Of a DNA stretch of 64,000 bases, positions 12,150 through 22,663 are shown one piece after another. The DNA is taken from NCBI GenBank assembly GCA_963575745.1, contig CAUYUJ010000026.1, positions 248,001 to 312,000 on the forward strand. The letters run 5' to 3'. The notes below the pieces were generated by a model. It was not told the origin of the DNA and made no database searches. It saw nothing but the letters and a program-made list of their open reading frames with translations. The number at the start of each line of letters is the position of its first letter. Position 1 is the first letter of the stretch. The position numbers and the translations under genes are program-made. This stretch comes from Prorocentrum cordatum (lineage: Eukaryota).

Positions 12150-13085
12150 CCCACCTCAGCCGGTGTCGGCTGGCTCGTCTCCCCTCCTTAGTCAGGATGT
12201 GGCCGCGGGAGTGCTTGTAGAAGGCTCTCTCCAGCCCCCTCCTCCGCCTGATTTGGATAATTTCGGGCTCTGTGTGCAGACTTGCAATGTTTCAGGATGG
12301 CAGTCACTCAAGAATAAGTGGCTGCCAATGACCACGGCACACGTTTTGTTAGTCCAAGAACATCACTTATGCTCAGATGAAGACATCTCCAAGGCGTCCG
12401 AATGGCTCTTTCGTCATGGGTGGAAGTCGTGTTGGGCGGCGGCCGCATGTGGGGAGGGCACTGGGTCTTCAGGAGGTGTTGCAGTTTTGGCTAGATCGTA
12501 TCTCGGGCTTCACACGTTGTCGTCGGGCTTCGTACTGTCCCCTCATCGTGCTGGAGCTTGTGTTATAGATATTCCAGGAGGATTTCAGGTCCTTGTCGGA
12601 TCGATCTACCTCCACGACGTCGAAGGTCTTTCTGAGCGCAACGTGGAGATCTTGTCGCGTCTCGGAGCTGGACTTTCACATTCTGATCTCCCTGTCGTTG
12701 CGGGAGGTGATTTCAACATGACTCCAGGTGAGTTTCAGAAGTCGCCTTTCGTTTCGGAGTTCAAAGGCCAGATGATCACCCCAACAGACGGAGGCTACAC
12801 GCTCCGCAGCACGGGGGGCCTCAAAGTATCTGATTTCTTTGTCGTCTCGGCAGGCATCGCGAAGGTTATCAGGCAGGTGAGTGTCAACTACAATTCCCCT
12901 CTCACCCCCCACTCCCCTGTGGATCTGGAGCTTTTCCCTTCGCCTGCTCAACTCAACGTTTTGGTTTTTCGGAAACCTCCCCCCCTTCCCCCCCAAAGGG
13001 CCATAGGGCCCACTCGGGAACCCCCATCTTGGGACCCTGTTCTCGACGTGCTGGAGGCGGCTCTGGTAGCTGCCAGGGCGGGGAG
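12150..13085 (+). CDS. LINE ORF2 part 1: apurinic-like (EEP) endonuclease; start codon uncertain
   Basis: TCNVSG (about 12280), LLVQEHH, SGGVAVL, SIYL, GGDFN (12703-12717), SDFFVVS, HSPV. Confidence 0.85.
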
Positions 13086-15305
13086 GGGGCGGAAACTCAA
13101 AGGCTGCTCAATCTCACCTACAAGTGGTGGGCCAACCTTGCGGAAGTGGAGGTGGCCAACGCCACTCAATCGGTGCTTCCGGTTTGGGGTGCGAGAGGCA
13201 AGGGTCCTCAGCTTATGAGGAAGCCTGTTTTCTCGAAGGACAAGGAACCTCTTAGGCACCCCTTTCTGTACTCCGTCAGGTGGCTGTATAATCGCATCTT
13301 GGACTGCAAGGTGTACGTTTCGTCTAATTCCCAAAAGGCCAAGAGTGGTGGAGTTGATTTTGCGAGGGCCCTGAGGTCCTACATTTTTCACCCTCCCCCT
13401 TTCGTGGTCGTGAATCTGGGTGCCCATAAGGAGCTGCTTATCACCTTGCAGTCCATGATCACCCGTGCTGATTTGGACTCGAGCGGAGAGCTCGAGCAGG
13501 ACGTTCTCGATCTGTCTCTCTCGTTCTCCGACGTGGTCGCGCAGGCAGAAGCCAGCGCTAGGGACCGCAGTTTAGCTTCCTGGCGTAGTTGGCTGAGAGA
13601 GAACATCGATCAGGGGGCCAAGCGAGCTCACATGGTCACTTCTGAACCCAAGCCCTGGAAACCTACTTCCACTCTCTCGTCCAACGGCTGTGTGGTCAGT
13701 GACCCCAGGTCCCTTCTCGAGGCTGAACGCAACAAGTTAATTCATTTATGGCGCGCTTTTGACTCCCCGCGGGAGTTGGGACCTATTGCCGATTTCTTTC
13801 CTGCTCCTGAGCTCCCCCCTTTGGACCCCAACGAGTTGGTCCGCATTTCGAGGAGCTACAAGATGTATTCGGCGGTGGGCGTGGACGGTTTCCACATGAA
13901 ACATTTCAGTATGATTTCCCTTCCTGGGGTCACGGCGCTGTGTAGGATCCTGCAGGTCATGGAAATCTCCAGCATGTTGCCATTCCAGCTTGATGCCACA
14001 GTGTTGGCGCTCCTGGGTAAACCTACTGGAGGGTTCCGCCCTATCGGGATTTTCATGGGTCCTTACCGCATCTGGGGGAAAGCGCGGCGGTGCCTTGCCG
14101 AGAGCTGGGAGGGGTCGCACGCTCGTCCCTACTTTGCGGCGGGCAAGTACCAGGGGGCCTCAGACGTTGTATGGCGGCAAAGCGTCCGCAGCGAGAGTGG
14201 GGCAACCCACTCCTTACATGCGGCTACCCTCCTGCAGGACATGTTTAAATACTACGAGCTCATTGATCTCGAGCGACTCCTCGGTCGTTGTATAAGGCTG
14301 GGTTTCCCTATTGCCATGGCCAAGTTGGCTGTGCGGGCCTACAGGGCCCCGAGGTTTCTTTCCTTGGGTGGCTGCATCGACGGTCCGTGGTACGCTTCTT
14401 CTGGAATCATAGCGGGGTGTTCGTTGGCCACGACCCTGATCAGGGTTAACGCGGTGGAGTCGCTCGATACTGTTAGGTTACGGCAGGGTGCTCAACTGGC
14501 GCTCTACATCGACGATTCTGGCCTCAGTGCTGTCGGCTGTTTCAATTTTGTTGTGGACGCCATCACGGAAGGCGCGCCCCAGCTCCACGCTGCCATCGTT
14601 GATGGCATTGGTGCGCAGGTGGCGGCTGACAAATCCAGCCTGATTTGTTCCTCGGCCAAGCTTGGCAGGGCCATTCAGGCCAAACTGGGAGTTGAGCTCA
14701 CGGGTCCCATTACTTCCAGTGCTGTTAACCTTGGGATGGACGACACGGTGGGGAAGAGTTCTCGGACCCAGGGTCGTAACAAAAAGCTTGTGATTAGGAG
14801 ACGTCTTTTCATCAAACGCACTGGCCGAGTGGCTAAACTTCGTAAGACCCTTGGTTCCAGGAGAACTTTGCGAGTTTTCACTGCAGGACCGCTCCCTGGC
14901 TTACTGTATGGCAGCGAGGTTAGAGGGGTTACTGACTACGAGCTGATGCTCATCCGCCGTGCGGCGGCCAGGACGATAAAGCCTTCAGCTGGCCAACGCT
15001 CCCTGACGGTGCTTTCCCACCTCGAAGGCGACCCTGCTTGGGTTGGGGCCGTTTCCCCGATCTTGCGGTGGCACAAGGAAGTTTGGTGCTCTCAGGTCAG
15101 GGCCTTTGAAGGCTCGATTCCTTTCAGGGAGCTGAGGCAAGCGTGGGAAGGTGTTTTTCTTCAGGATTCCCCCTCGTGGAGGGCGGTAGGTGGTCCTGTG
15201 GCAGCCATGCGCAAGTCCTTGGAGAGGATCTCGTGGACGATGAGGGACTTCGCCACTTTCGTCACTGACAAGGGGATCGAGCTTTCCATGACCCTCATGT
15301 CCCCC
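13086..15305 (+). CDS. LINE ORF2 part 2: reverse transcriptase (after a frameshift in the G-run at about 13080-13089)
   Basis: AVGVDG, LLGKPTGGFRPIG, QDMFKYYE, GIIAGCSLA, catalytic YIDD (14505-14516), ADKS. Confidence 0.9.
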
Positions 15306-17139
15306 CAGTGTCAAGCACCATCTCCGCGGGGCAGTCTTCAGGGTTCTCGAGTGGGAAGCTGGTGCTAAATGGGATGTGCCTCATCGTCTGTGCTTTGACG
15401 TGGTGAAGTTCGAGCTCCGCCGCAAAAAATACTCAGCTCTCGAGAAAGGGTGTATTCGGGCTGTTGCTACGGACGCAGTGTGGACTCGTGCTAAAGCATT
15501 GCGATTGGGTTACCAGATAGACCCCACGTGCCACCTCTGCGGCTCAGCCCCCGACACGCTCCACCACCGACTTTGGGTCTGCAGGTGCCAGGAGGTTGTC
15601 GAGCTCCGTTCCAGTCTTGTTACTCCCGAGCTTGTTTGCAAGGCCCTGGAGGAGCCCAATTCGATTCGGTCTTGTTTTGGAGCTTTTGCCCACCCTGGGG
15701 ATTATTTTCCTGGTCCCGCGGCCGAGTCGTCTGGTACTTTCTGGGCCAGGGAGGACCTTCCCCAGGATGTAGGCCAATTTCCTTTCACAAACAATATTTT
15801 CACAGACGGTAGCGCATGTAAGCATATAGTTCGCGAGCTCAGCAGGGCAGGCTGGTGTTTTGTGGCTGTGGACGACCAGGGGGACCTCTTGGGAAAGCTC
15901 TACGGTCCCGTCCCCCCGTGCTACCCCCAGACTGCCCCTGCGGGCGAGTTTGCTGCTATTTGTCAAGCCATACTTTTCTCAGGAGGACCTTCGGATTTTT
16001 ATACAGATGCTCAGCTGGTCAAAGATCACTTCGGTCGCCCTCAGATTGACCAGCTTTCACCTAAGCGATGCTACAGCGGGTTCTCCCTCTCCCTCCTTTC
16101 AGATTTCTGGAAGGTCCGCTCTTTGAACAAAGTGAAAGCGCATCGCTCTTTGGAAGAGTGGACCGACAATCATGACAAGATGTGCCGTTTTGGGAACCAC
16201 CACGCTGATGTTGGAGCTAAAAGTGCTTCTGCGGGGGAAGGGTACCTGGGGCACCCACAGCCGTCGGAGGAGGACAGGTGCAGGCTTGATCTCGACATTA
16301 AGTTTTCTCGGGCTGTGGCATCACTGTCTGCTAAGCTGATGCCTTTGTGGCCCAAATTAGACCTCCAAGACGTTGTGTGGATTCAGCCGCCTAAAGACCC
16401 CCCCCAGGTGGTTTCCTCTGTGCTTTGCGATTGGCAGCCCATCCAGATTGTCGAGCTTGGTTCCGTCTCGGGCTTTTGGAAGTGTTCGAGGTGTGCAAAA
16501 GTCAGCCGTCTTTCCACCCATGGTCCCCCGCCTCCTTCCTCGAAGTGCTCCCCTGTTCGAGGGATGGAGGCGCAGGTTTTGGAGGCGCGGGGACACAGGT
16601 GTTTGACGCTGGCCTGCTCAGACAATTCGACTTTGGTGATCTGCACCAAGTGCTATTCTTATTCGTCTCATGGTCGTGCGTCGGGCCTTGCGGAAGTTTG
16701 CAGCGGCCCGACCAGATCAAAGAAATACAACAGTTGGCACCCGATTTGTAAAGGCCTCCATCCTAAGCGTCCAGGAGTCTCGGTTGAGAGAGGGCCGTGG
16801 GCGCAGAAGGGAGGAGGCCTTCAGGTAGCCGATGCAGGTGCCGCCGCGGCGCAGGAGCACGGCTCTCCGCGCCCCGCCACCGCCGCCGAGGACCGAGGGG
16901 ACGGGGTGGAGCGGGGAGCGGGGGGGGGAGCGACTGTGTCCGAGCACGCTGGTTTGCAGGACTGGGAGGCGGACGAAGAAGCCTCTCGTTTTCTTTTTCA
17001 GGGCCCTCCCTCTCCTCCTCCTCCTCCCCCCCTTCTTGGTTTGCCCTGTGCCCCGGCCTCTTCTCGCTGTGAGGCCAGGGAGGCGTCGTTTATTTCGGTG
17101 CTCGCGCACCGTGATGAGGGCGACTCTAGTTCGGACTAA
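15306..17139 (+). CDS. LINE ORF2 part 3: CCHC zinc finger, RNase H, Cys/His-rich C-terminus (after a frameshift at C6, 15301-15306)
   Basis: CHLCG...HHRLWVC; FTDGS, GEFAA, YTDAQ, KVKAH, GNHHADVGAK (D-E-D-D set intact); CSRC and CTKC clusters. Confidence 0.9.
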
Positions 17140-17510
17140 CGCCTGGGGGAGAAGCAGCGGGCCACGGGGTATCCTCCAGCCAGCTGGAGATGACCCTGTG
17201 GCCCGCTGCTTTTCCTCGCTTTTCAGGTGTTAGTATTTGCTGGCTTGTCCAGCCGTCCTGCCCTAATTGTCCGCGCGGCGCAGGCTTGGGCATTGCACCC
17301 TCAGGGTCAGCCCTCGCCCCCGCGTCTTTCGCCTGGCTCTGCCGCTCCTGCTTTCTCCGCGCAGATCTGGGCAGCTGGCCCGACAGCGCGGCGGGAAATG
17401 CTATCTTCTCCCCGTGATGAGGGCGACTCTAGTTGCTGGCTTGACCAGCCGTCCTGCCCTAATTGTCTGGGCTGGCTCTCTACCTTGATGTTGATGTCAA
17501 AAAAAAAAAA

Positions 17511-17539
17511 TCCTCCTCCTCCTCCTCCTCCTCCTCCTC
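17511..17539 (+). repeat. (TCC)9TC: 3' target-site duplication
   Basis: Directly follows the poly(A) and ends in the same TC register as the 5' tract. Confidence 0.85.
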
Positions 17540-17724
17540 GGGTCGCCTACGGCCCCGGGGGAAGTCGTGCAGCTCAGGGCCATGCGCATTCGCCACCAGG
17601 CGCCCATCGACGATCCATCGGCGATGCCCTGCCGATGTCAGTGCGACGTGTCCCCCCCGCCTGAGCCAGACCCCCGACGCGAAGCCTGTCCAGAACGCGG
17701 GCCCCCAGAGGTCTCGACCCATAC

Positions 17725-18472
17725 TTAAGTCGGGCGTCTCCCCCTACAGGAGGGACATTCAAACATTGTCAACAAATAATATGGGGACGATCTTTTTCCC
17801 TACCTAGGCTCTGCCTAGAAGGGTTCTTACTCTCTTAGCTTATAGGGGCCGGGCATTGCATGCCCGGGCGTTGCAACATCCCCTGACGGTTCCCCCCAGT
17901 CCCCTGAGAGCTTTAGCTTTAGCTTTAGCTTTAGCTTTACTTAGCTTTAGCTTAGCTTTAGCTTAGCTGTAGCTTAGCTTTAGCTTAGCGTTTCGCTTAG
18001 CGTTTCGCTTAGCTTTTCGCTTAGCGTTTAGCTTAGCTTTAGCTTAGCTTTAGCTTAGCTTGAGCTTAGCTTGAGCTTAGCTGTAGCTTAGCTTTAGCTT
18101 AGCTTTAGCTTAGCTTTAGCTTAGCTTTAGCTTAGCTGTAGCTTAGCTTTAGCTTAGCTGTTGCTCAGCTTTAGCTTAGCTTTAGCTTAGCTTTAGCTTA
18201 GCTTTAGCTTAGCTTTATCTTAGCTTTAGCTTAGCTTTATCTTAGCTTTAGCTTAGCTTTAGCTTAGCTGTGGCTTAGCTTTAGCTTAGCTTTAGCTTAT
18301 CTTTAGCTTAGCGTTACTGTTACTACTAATGCTGCTTTCCTAGGGGTTCCAACTCCTAGGTAGGGTCGCACTGGGATAATCTAGTAATTTTGAAGATTGT
18401 GGGAGTATTTGTTGGGAGTATTTTGAATTCTTTCGCACAAAATCCCCCTGTAGGTGGCCAGGCCCGGCCTAA
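17725..18472. mobile_element. MITE-like element with ~30-bp imperfect TIRs, containing a nested 11-bp-IR unit (17798-18365)
   Basis: Left ttaagtcgggcgtctccccctacaggaggga versus reverse complement of right ttaggccgggcctggccacctacaggggga. Inner perfect IR CCCTACCTAGG/CCTAGGTAGGG. The same TIR family occurs at 56154 and 63732. Confidence 0.6.
17909..18312. repeat. Satellite of TTTAGC/TTAGC units (mostly the 11-bp TTTAGCTTAGC)
   Basis: Direct reading, about 400 bp. Confidence 0.95.
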
Positions 18473-19989
18473 ACCCATACCCTGGGGCCGTCCTGAGTTT
18501 TTCGGACGGTCCCGGGGCCTGGCGAAAAACGCCCCGAGAGGTGGAAAATAACAGAAATGACGTCCGTCGTGCGTTTTCCACGGCGCGAGGGTCGATACCT
18601 CCCCCCCCTCCTGAGCCATACCCCTCCCCCCTGCTTTCCCCCTCGGCCCCTGGGGTTGTCGGGCCCGGACGATAGGGTAGGACAGCAAAATCTGCTGCAT
18701 GCACTTGGTTTCCGCCCCGCCGCCGGGCCCATTCCTCCGGTGCAGGAGCGCCTCTCGGCGCCAGGAAGCTTCTCTGCCCTACCCTTGGCTATCCTACCCT
18801 TTTGCCACCCCCGAGGTTGGCATGCAGCCCTCCTCCAGCCGCGCGCTCGGGTGGCGCCCCCCCCTCATCGGCGCAGGAGCGCCGTCGTGGGCGATGCCTT
18901 GGGGGCGGCCCCGCGGGAATCCTTCGGGCGGGGTCCTTGGGGCCCCAGGGTGCCGTGGGCACCGGCGATCTGTTCGTAGGTGCGCACTGCGCCCCGAGAG
19001 CCCCTCGCGCGATGAAAAAACCGCGACGGGATGCTTTTGGTATGTTTGGCTTCTGGGAGAGGGTCCCCACTGTGCCTCGGCACTGCAAAGAAGGCACAGC
19101 ATGAGAAACCGGTCCCGGGGAAGGGCTCCAGACCCCTGGGGGTCGACGTGATGAACAAATCATGACGTGGGGGGGGCTTTGAGCCACCAGGTGCAGGAAC
19201 GCTTCACCCCAACTGCACCGACGAAGCTCGTGCACTTCGCCATGGATATGTAAGGCGTGATGAAGGTTGCGGCTGGCAGGGGGTCGCCTTGGTTAGGGCG
19301 AACTTCGGGGGGCTCCCGAGGGCCCCGACCCGGCGGCTCCCGAGGCCCGCCCCCCCCCCGAGGCCCCCGAGAGGGGTCACACGACATGCTCGCCAATGCG
19401 GGTGTGTGACTGCCGCGGGCTGGCAGCGCTATAGAATGGACGCGGCCATGAGCAGCACTGCTACCATCGGGAACGCGTGCGGTTCGCCTTCGCCAGAACT
19501 CGGGCTCGCCGACGCTTCTTTTGACGGCCCGTCCTGAATTTTGGCGGTCCAGCTCTCGTGAGATGCTTGCAGAGGGAACTCGCGTCAAATTTCAGACGGG
19601 GGTTCGTCATTTTCTTGACTGCCCCGTCATGCCAACTCGGGTCGCCCGAATCCGAGTCTTACATTGAACGGTTTGAATAAGGAAAGGAACACTTATTTTT
19701 CAAAAGGGGCTCGGTCGTTCCTTAGGCTTGCATGCGTTATTGATCGTTCTTGATGCGTTTGGTATCGTCCCTTATGCGTTGTTCCTTGGGATAAAAGGGG
19801 CTTCGTTCCGTATTCATCGTTCTGTAGGTCAGGCCGATGATTGTACGTCTCCCCGATCTAAGATCTAGGGGCACATCTTTCGTCGCCTCTGCGCTTCGTG
19901 AGGTGCCCCCGGGCCCCAGGGGCTCTGCGGACCCTTGGGGAGATGAGAGCCTCTCCTGGGGCAGCCGCTGGCGGGCCGATGCTGATGCT

Positions 19990-20400
19990 TGACAGTGCCC
20001 TGACGAGCTGACTCCGTGAAAATATTTCGGCGGGGGGTGGGTGGGCAGTTTCCTGCCTCTGGTGGCATTCAATTGACTGGGACAGGCAGACAATCGCCTG
20101 GTATGAAAAACCGGTCCTTTGAAAAGGGACCTTGATCTTTTGGGAGCCCATGTGTGAAACAGACACGGAGTCGTATGTTTGGGGAGGCACTCCAAATGAG
20201 AAGTTGGCTTGCCAGCAGGTTCCCCATAGAACTTTCTTTATCCCCCGATGACTTGGTGGACCTTGCAGAAGCCTTGGACTGGGGTACCTGTATACGGACG
20301 CCCATAAAGTTTGACGTCAAACGTGCCCCTAGACTAGAGTTCTTATCGCAAGATCTAGCATTGCATGCGTCTGCTGTAACACATTGGGCATCGGTAGTCA
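19990..20400 (+). pseudogene. Possible decayed LINE ORF2 fragment (pre-RT region)
   Basis: S*LRENISAG resembles SWLRENIDQG of the intact LINE. Downstream LDWGTCIR..F..RAP.LE loosely resembles RT region 0. Confidence 0.25.
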
Positions 20401-21138
20401 CGGGCTGACCATCGGAGATGGGGGCCAGTGGCCAGCCTCCCAGCTCACGCGAAGGGGACTCCTCGATGCCGGAATTGGCCGCAGATGTGGGAGAATACGA
20501 CGACGATGAGGACGACGGCAGCTTCTGTGTCGTTGTGCCCGCGGCCCGCTGCTGGGGGATGCAGAGGATTCAAGATTGTGAAGAGGAGAAGGGTGGGAGG
20601 GGGAGGATGATGAAAACAGTGAGGAGGAGGAGGAGGAAGAGGAGGAGGAGGTGGAGGCCCGCTGCTAGGGGGGGGCAGGTGAGACAGCATGGTGAGGAGG
20701 AGAAGGATGAGCGGGAGGAGCGGGAGAAGCCCGAGTAGGAGTACAGTGAGGAGGAGGATGGGGGGGATGGGGGGGAGAAGTCGCCCCTCCTGCTGCACTC
20801 CAGCGTCTGTCGGGACGGCGCTCGCCGACGACCGGCACACGGGGACCTGGCTGGGGAGCCGCCTCCAAGAGGGGCGGGGCGGCCGTCGGCGGTGCAGCCG
20901 TCGGCGGTTGCCTGAGGTGTCCCCGACCCCAGGTGCCCCAGGCTGTTCTCGCCATGCTGGAGCCTCTGGGGGCCTCCTTGTGAGTCGTGGGGGCACCTCG
21001 GGCCAGGGACGCGCGATTCTGGATGTGGATCCCTGCGCTTCAGGCTTCGGGCCTTGTTCAGAGAAGGCGCGCTTCGCCCCTAGACGGCTGCAGACACAAC
21101 ATCAAGTCGAAGGGTGAAGCGATGATTGACATTCGCCG

Positions 21139-21279
21139 AGCGCGTTCCACTACTCGCAAAGTGCCTACTCGCAAACGTCCCCCAAACCATACGTCTTCCT
21201 TTGTGTAATCTATCGTAAAGTCCCTGAAGCGGATCCATGCCATTTGCGAGTAGCTACTTTGCGAGTGGTGAAACGCGCT
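21139..21279. repeat. 37-bp inverted repeat (33/37 match) with 67-bp spacer; MITE-like
   Basis: Arms at 21139-21175 and 21243-21279, each carrying two ACTCGCAAA motifs. Confidence 0.85.
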
Positions 21280-21549
21280 TGTCCAGACATGATCATGGAA
21301 ATGCATGCAATCCTTGGGGCACATTGGGCCAGGAGTACTCTTGGTAGCGCCCGGCAGCTGAGCGCCCGCCCGCCATCGAGGCGCGGGGCCAGTTGTCGCC
21401 CCCTCAGGCGCGCTGCCTCCAGCGGGAAACCAGCGGGCGGGCGCGCTGGAGCAGAAACTTGACTGCTGCCCTCCGCCCTGGGCGCGCCCGCGTCTACCCT
21501 TGGGCCTCTTGCCTTTCTGGGGCCGCTGCGCTCATCAGGGGGAGTATGG

Positions 21550-21880
21550 CGGAGGGGGCGCGGACGAGAAGGAGACGGAGGAGGAGAGGGAGGAGGAGAG
21601 GATGAGAAGGACAAGGAAAGAGAGGGAAGAGAAGGAGTAGGAGGAGGAGGAGAAGGAGGAGAAGGAGGAGGAGGAGGAGGAGGAGGGCGGAAAGGTAGAC
21701 GATGCGAGAGGCGAGAAGGAGGGAGTGATGATGGTGGTGAGGGGGAGGAGGTGGACGAGGCAAGGACGAGTAGGAGGATGGTAGGAGGAGGGGGATGAAT
21801 AGGACAGGGGTGAGGAGAGGAGGAGGGGAGGAGGGGGCGGAAGAGGCAGAGTACGCGGAGGGGGGCAGGAGGAGCAGTGC
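21550..21880. repeat. GA-rich (GGA)n low-complexity tract (others at 20580-20780, 26895-27015, 42050-42220)
   Basis: Direct reading. Confidence 0.85.
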
Positions 21881-21888
21881 CCCCCAAG

Positions 21889-21954
21889 GTCCAGCACGAC
21901 CACGGAGACGATGGTGAGCATCACGGTGACCAGCGCGTCCAGCACCACCAGCAG
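21889..21954 (+). CDS. Predicted micro-exon 3 ((R)SSTTTETMVSITVTSASSTTS(R))
   Basis: caAG|G acceptor and AG|GC donor; phase 2/2; isolated S/T-coding island. Confidence 0.75.
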
Positions 21955-22539
21955 GCCCGTGCTTCCCGTGCCCCCCCTGGATTGGGCGGCCTGGCCCGAA
22001 CGGGGCGGGCGGGAGGGACCGGCATGACCAGTGGCAGTGGTCGGCGACTACAAATTACATGGTTACGCGGTGGCGTGGTTTGCGATCGGCACCGTTGGGG
22101 CCTTGGGGGCACGACACTGTCCTCGTCGGGCCTCCCCGGGGCGCGGGAAAGGCGCGGGAAAACTCTACCGAGGTCCCCGCGCGCCCCCCAGGGTGCCCCC
22201 CAGGATGTTCTCCAGAGGCCGGTTGCAAACCACACCCTTTGCAAACCATACTTTTTGGAGTCGACGAAGTGGGAAGGGGGGGGATGACCCAGACATGCGG
22301 CTGCTCAAATGTTTTGGATGCATGGGCTCCGGAGGTCTGGACTACTTCCCTCGGTCTGGCCTATCGTCCCGAGTCGTTTTGTTGACGGCCCCGAGGCCCA
22401 GGGAGGGCTCCCAGAGGCCGAGAACCGCCCAAACCTCCCGCTCCAATTTTATTGGAGCGGCGGATCTCTGGGGAGGGGCGACGCCCAGCCCCTCGCGCCG
22501 TGGAATAGAAACGATGGCTGCGCCTTTCTCCTGGAAGTA

Positions 22540-22622
22540 CATTTATAAATAAATATATGTGCGTGTGTGTGTGTTTGTACATGTACATATATGGGCACAC
22601 ATCTGTATATAAAGAGAGACAT

Positions 22623-22663
<41 letters not shown>

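Larger units (their letters stand above)
10938..17510 (+). mobile_element. Full-length non-LTR retrotransposon (LINE; APE-RT-RNase H type) with 5' spliced leader and poly(A)
   Basis: 5' DinoSL, ORF1, ORF2 domains, A12 tail at 17499-17510, and a flanking (TCC)9TC duplication. Confidence 0.95.

Noticed and set aside
17909..18312. True or interstitial telomere
   Set aside because: Unit is TTTAGC/TTAGC, not TTTAGGG, and it is internal to an IR-bounded element.
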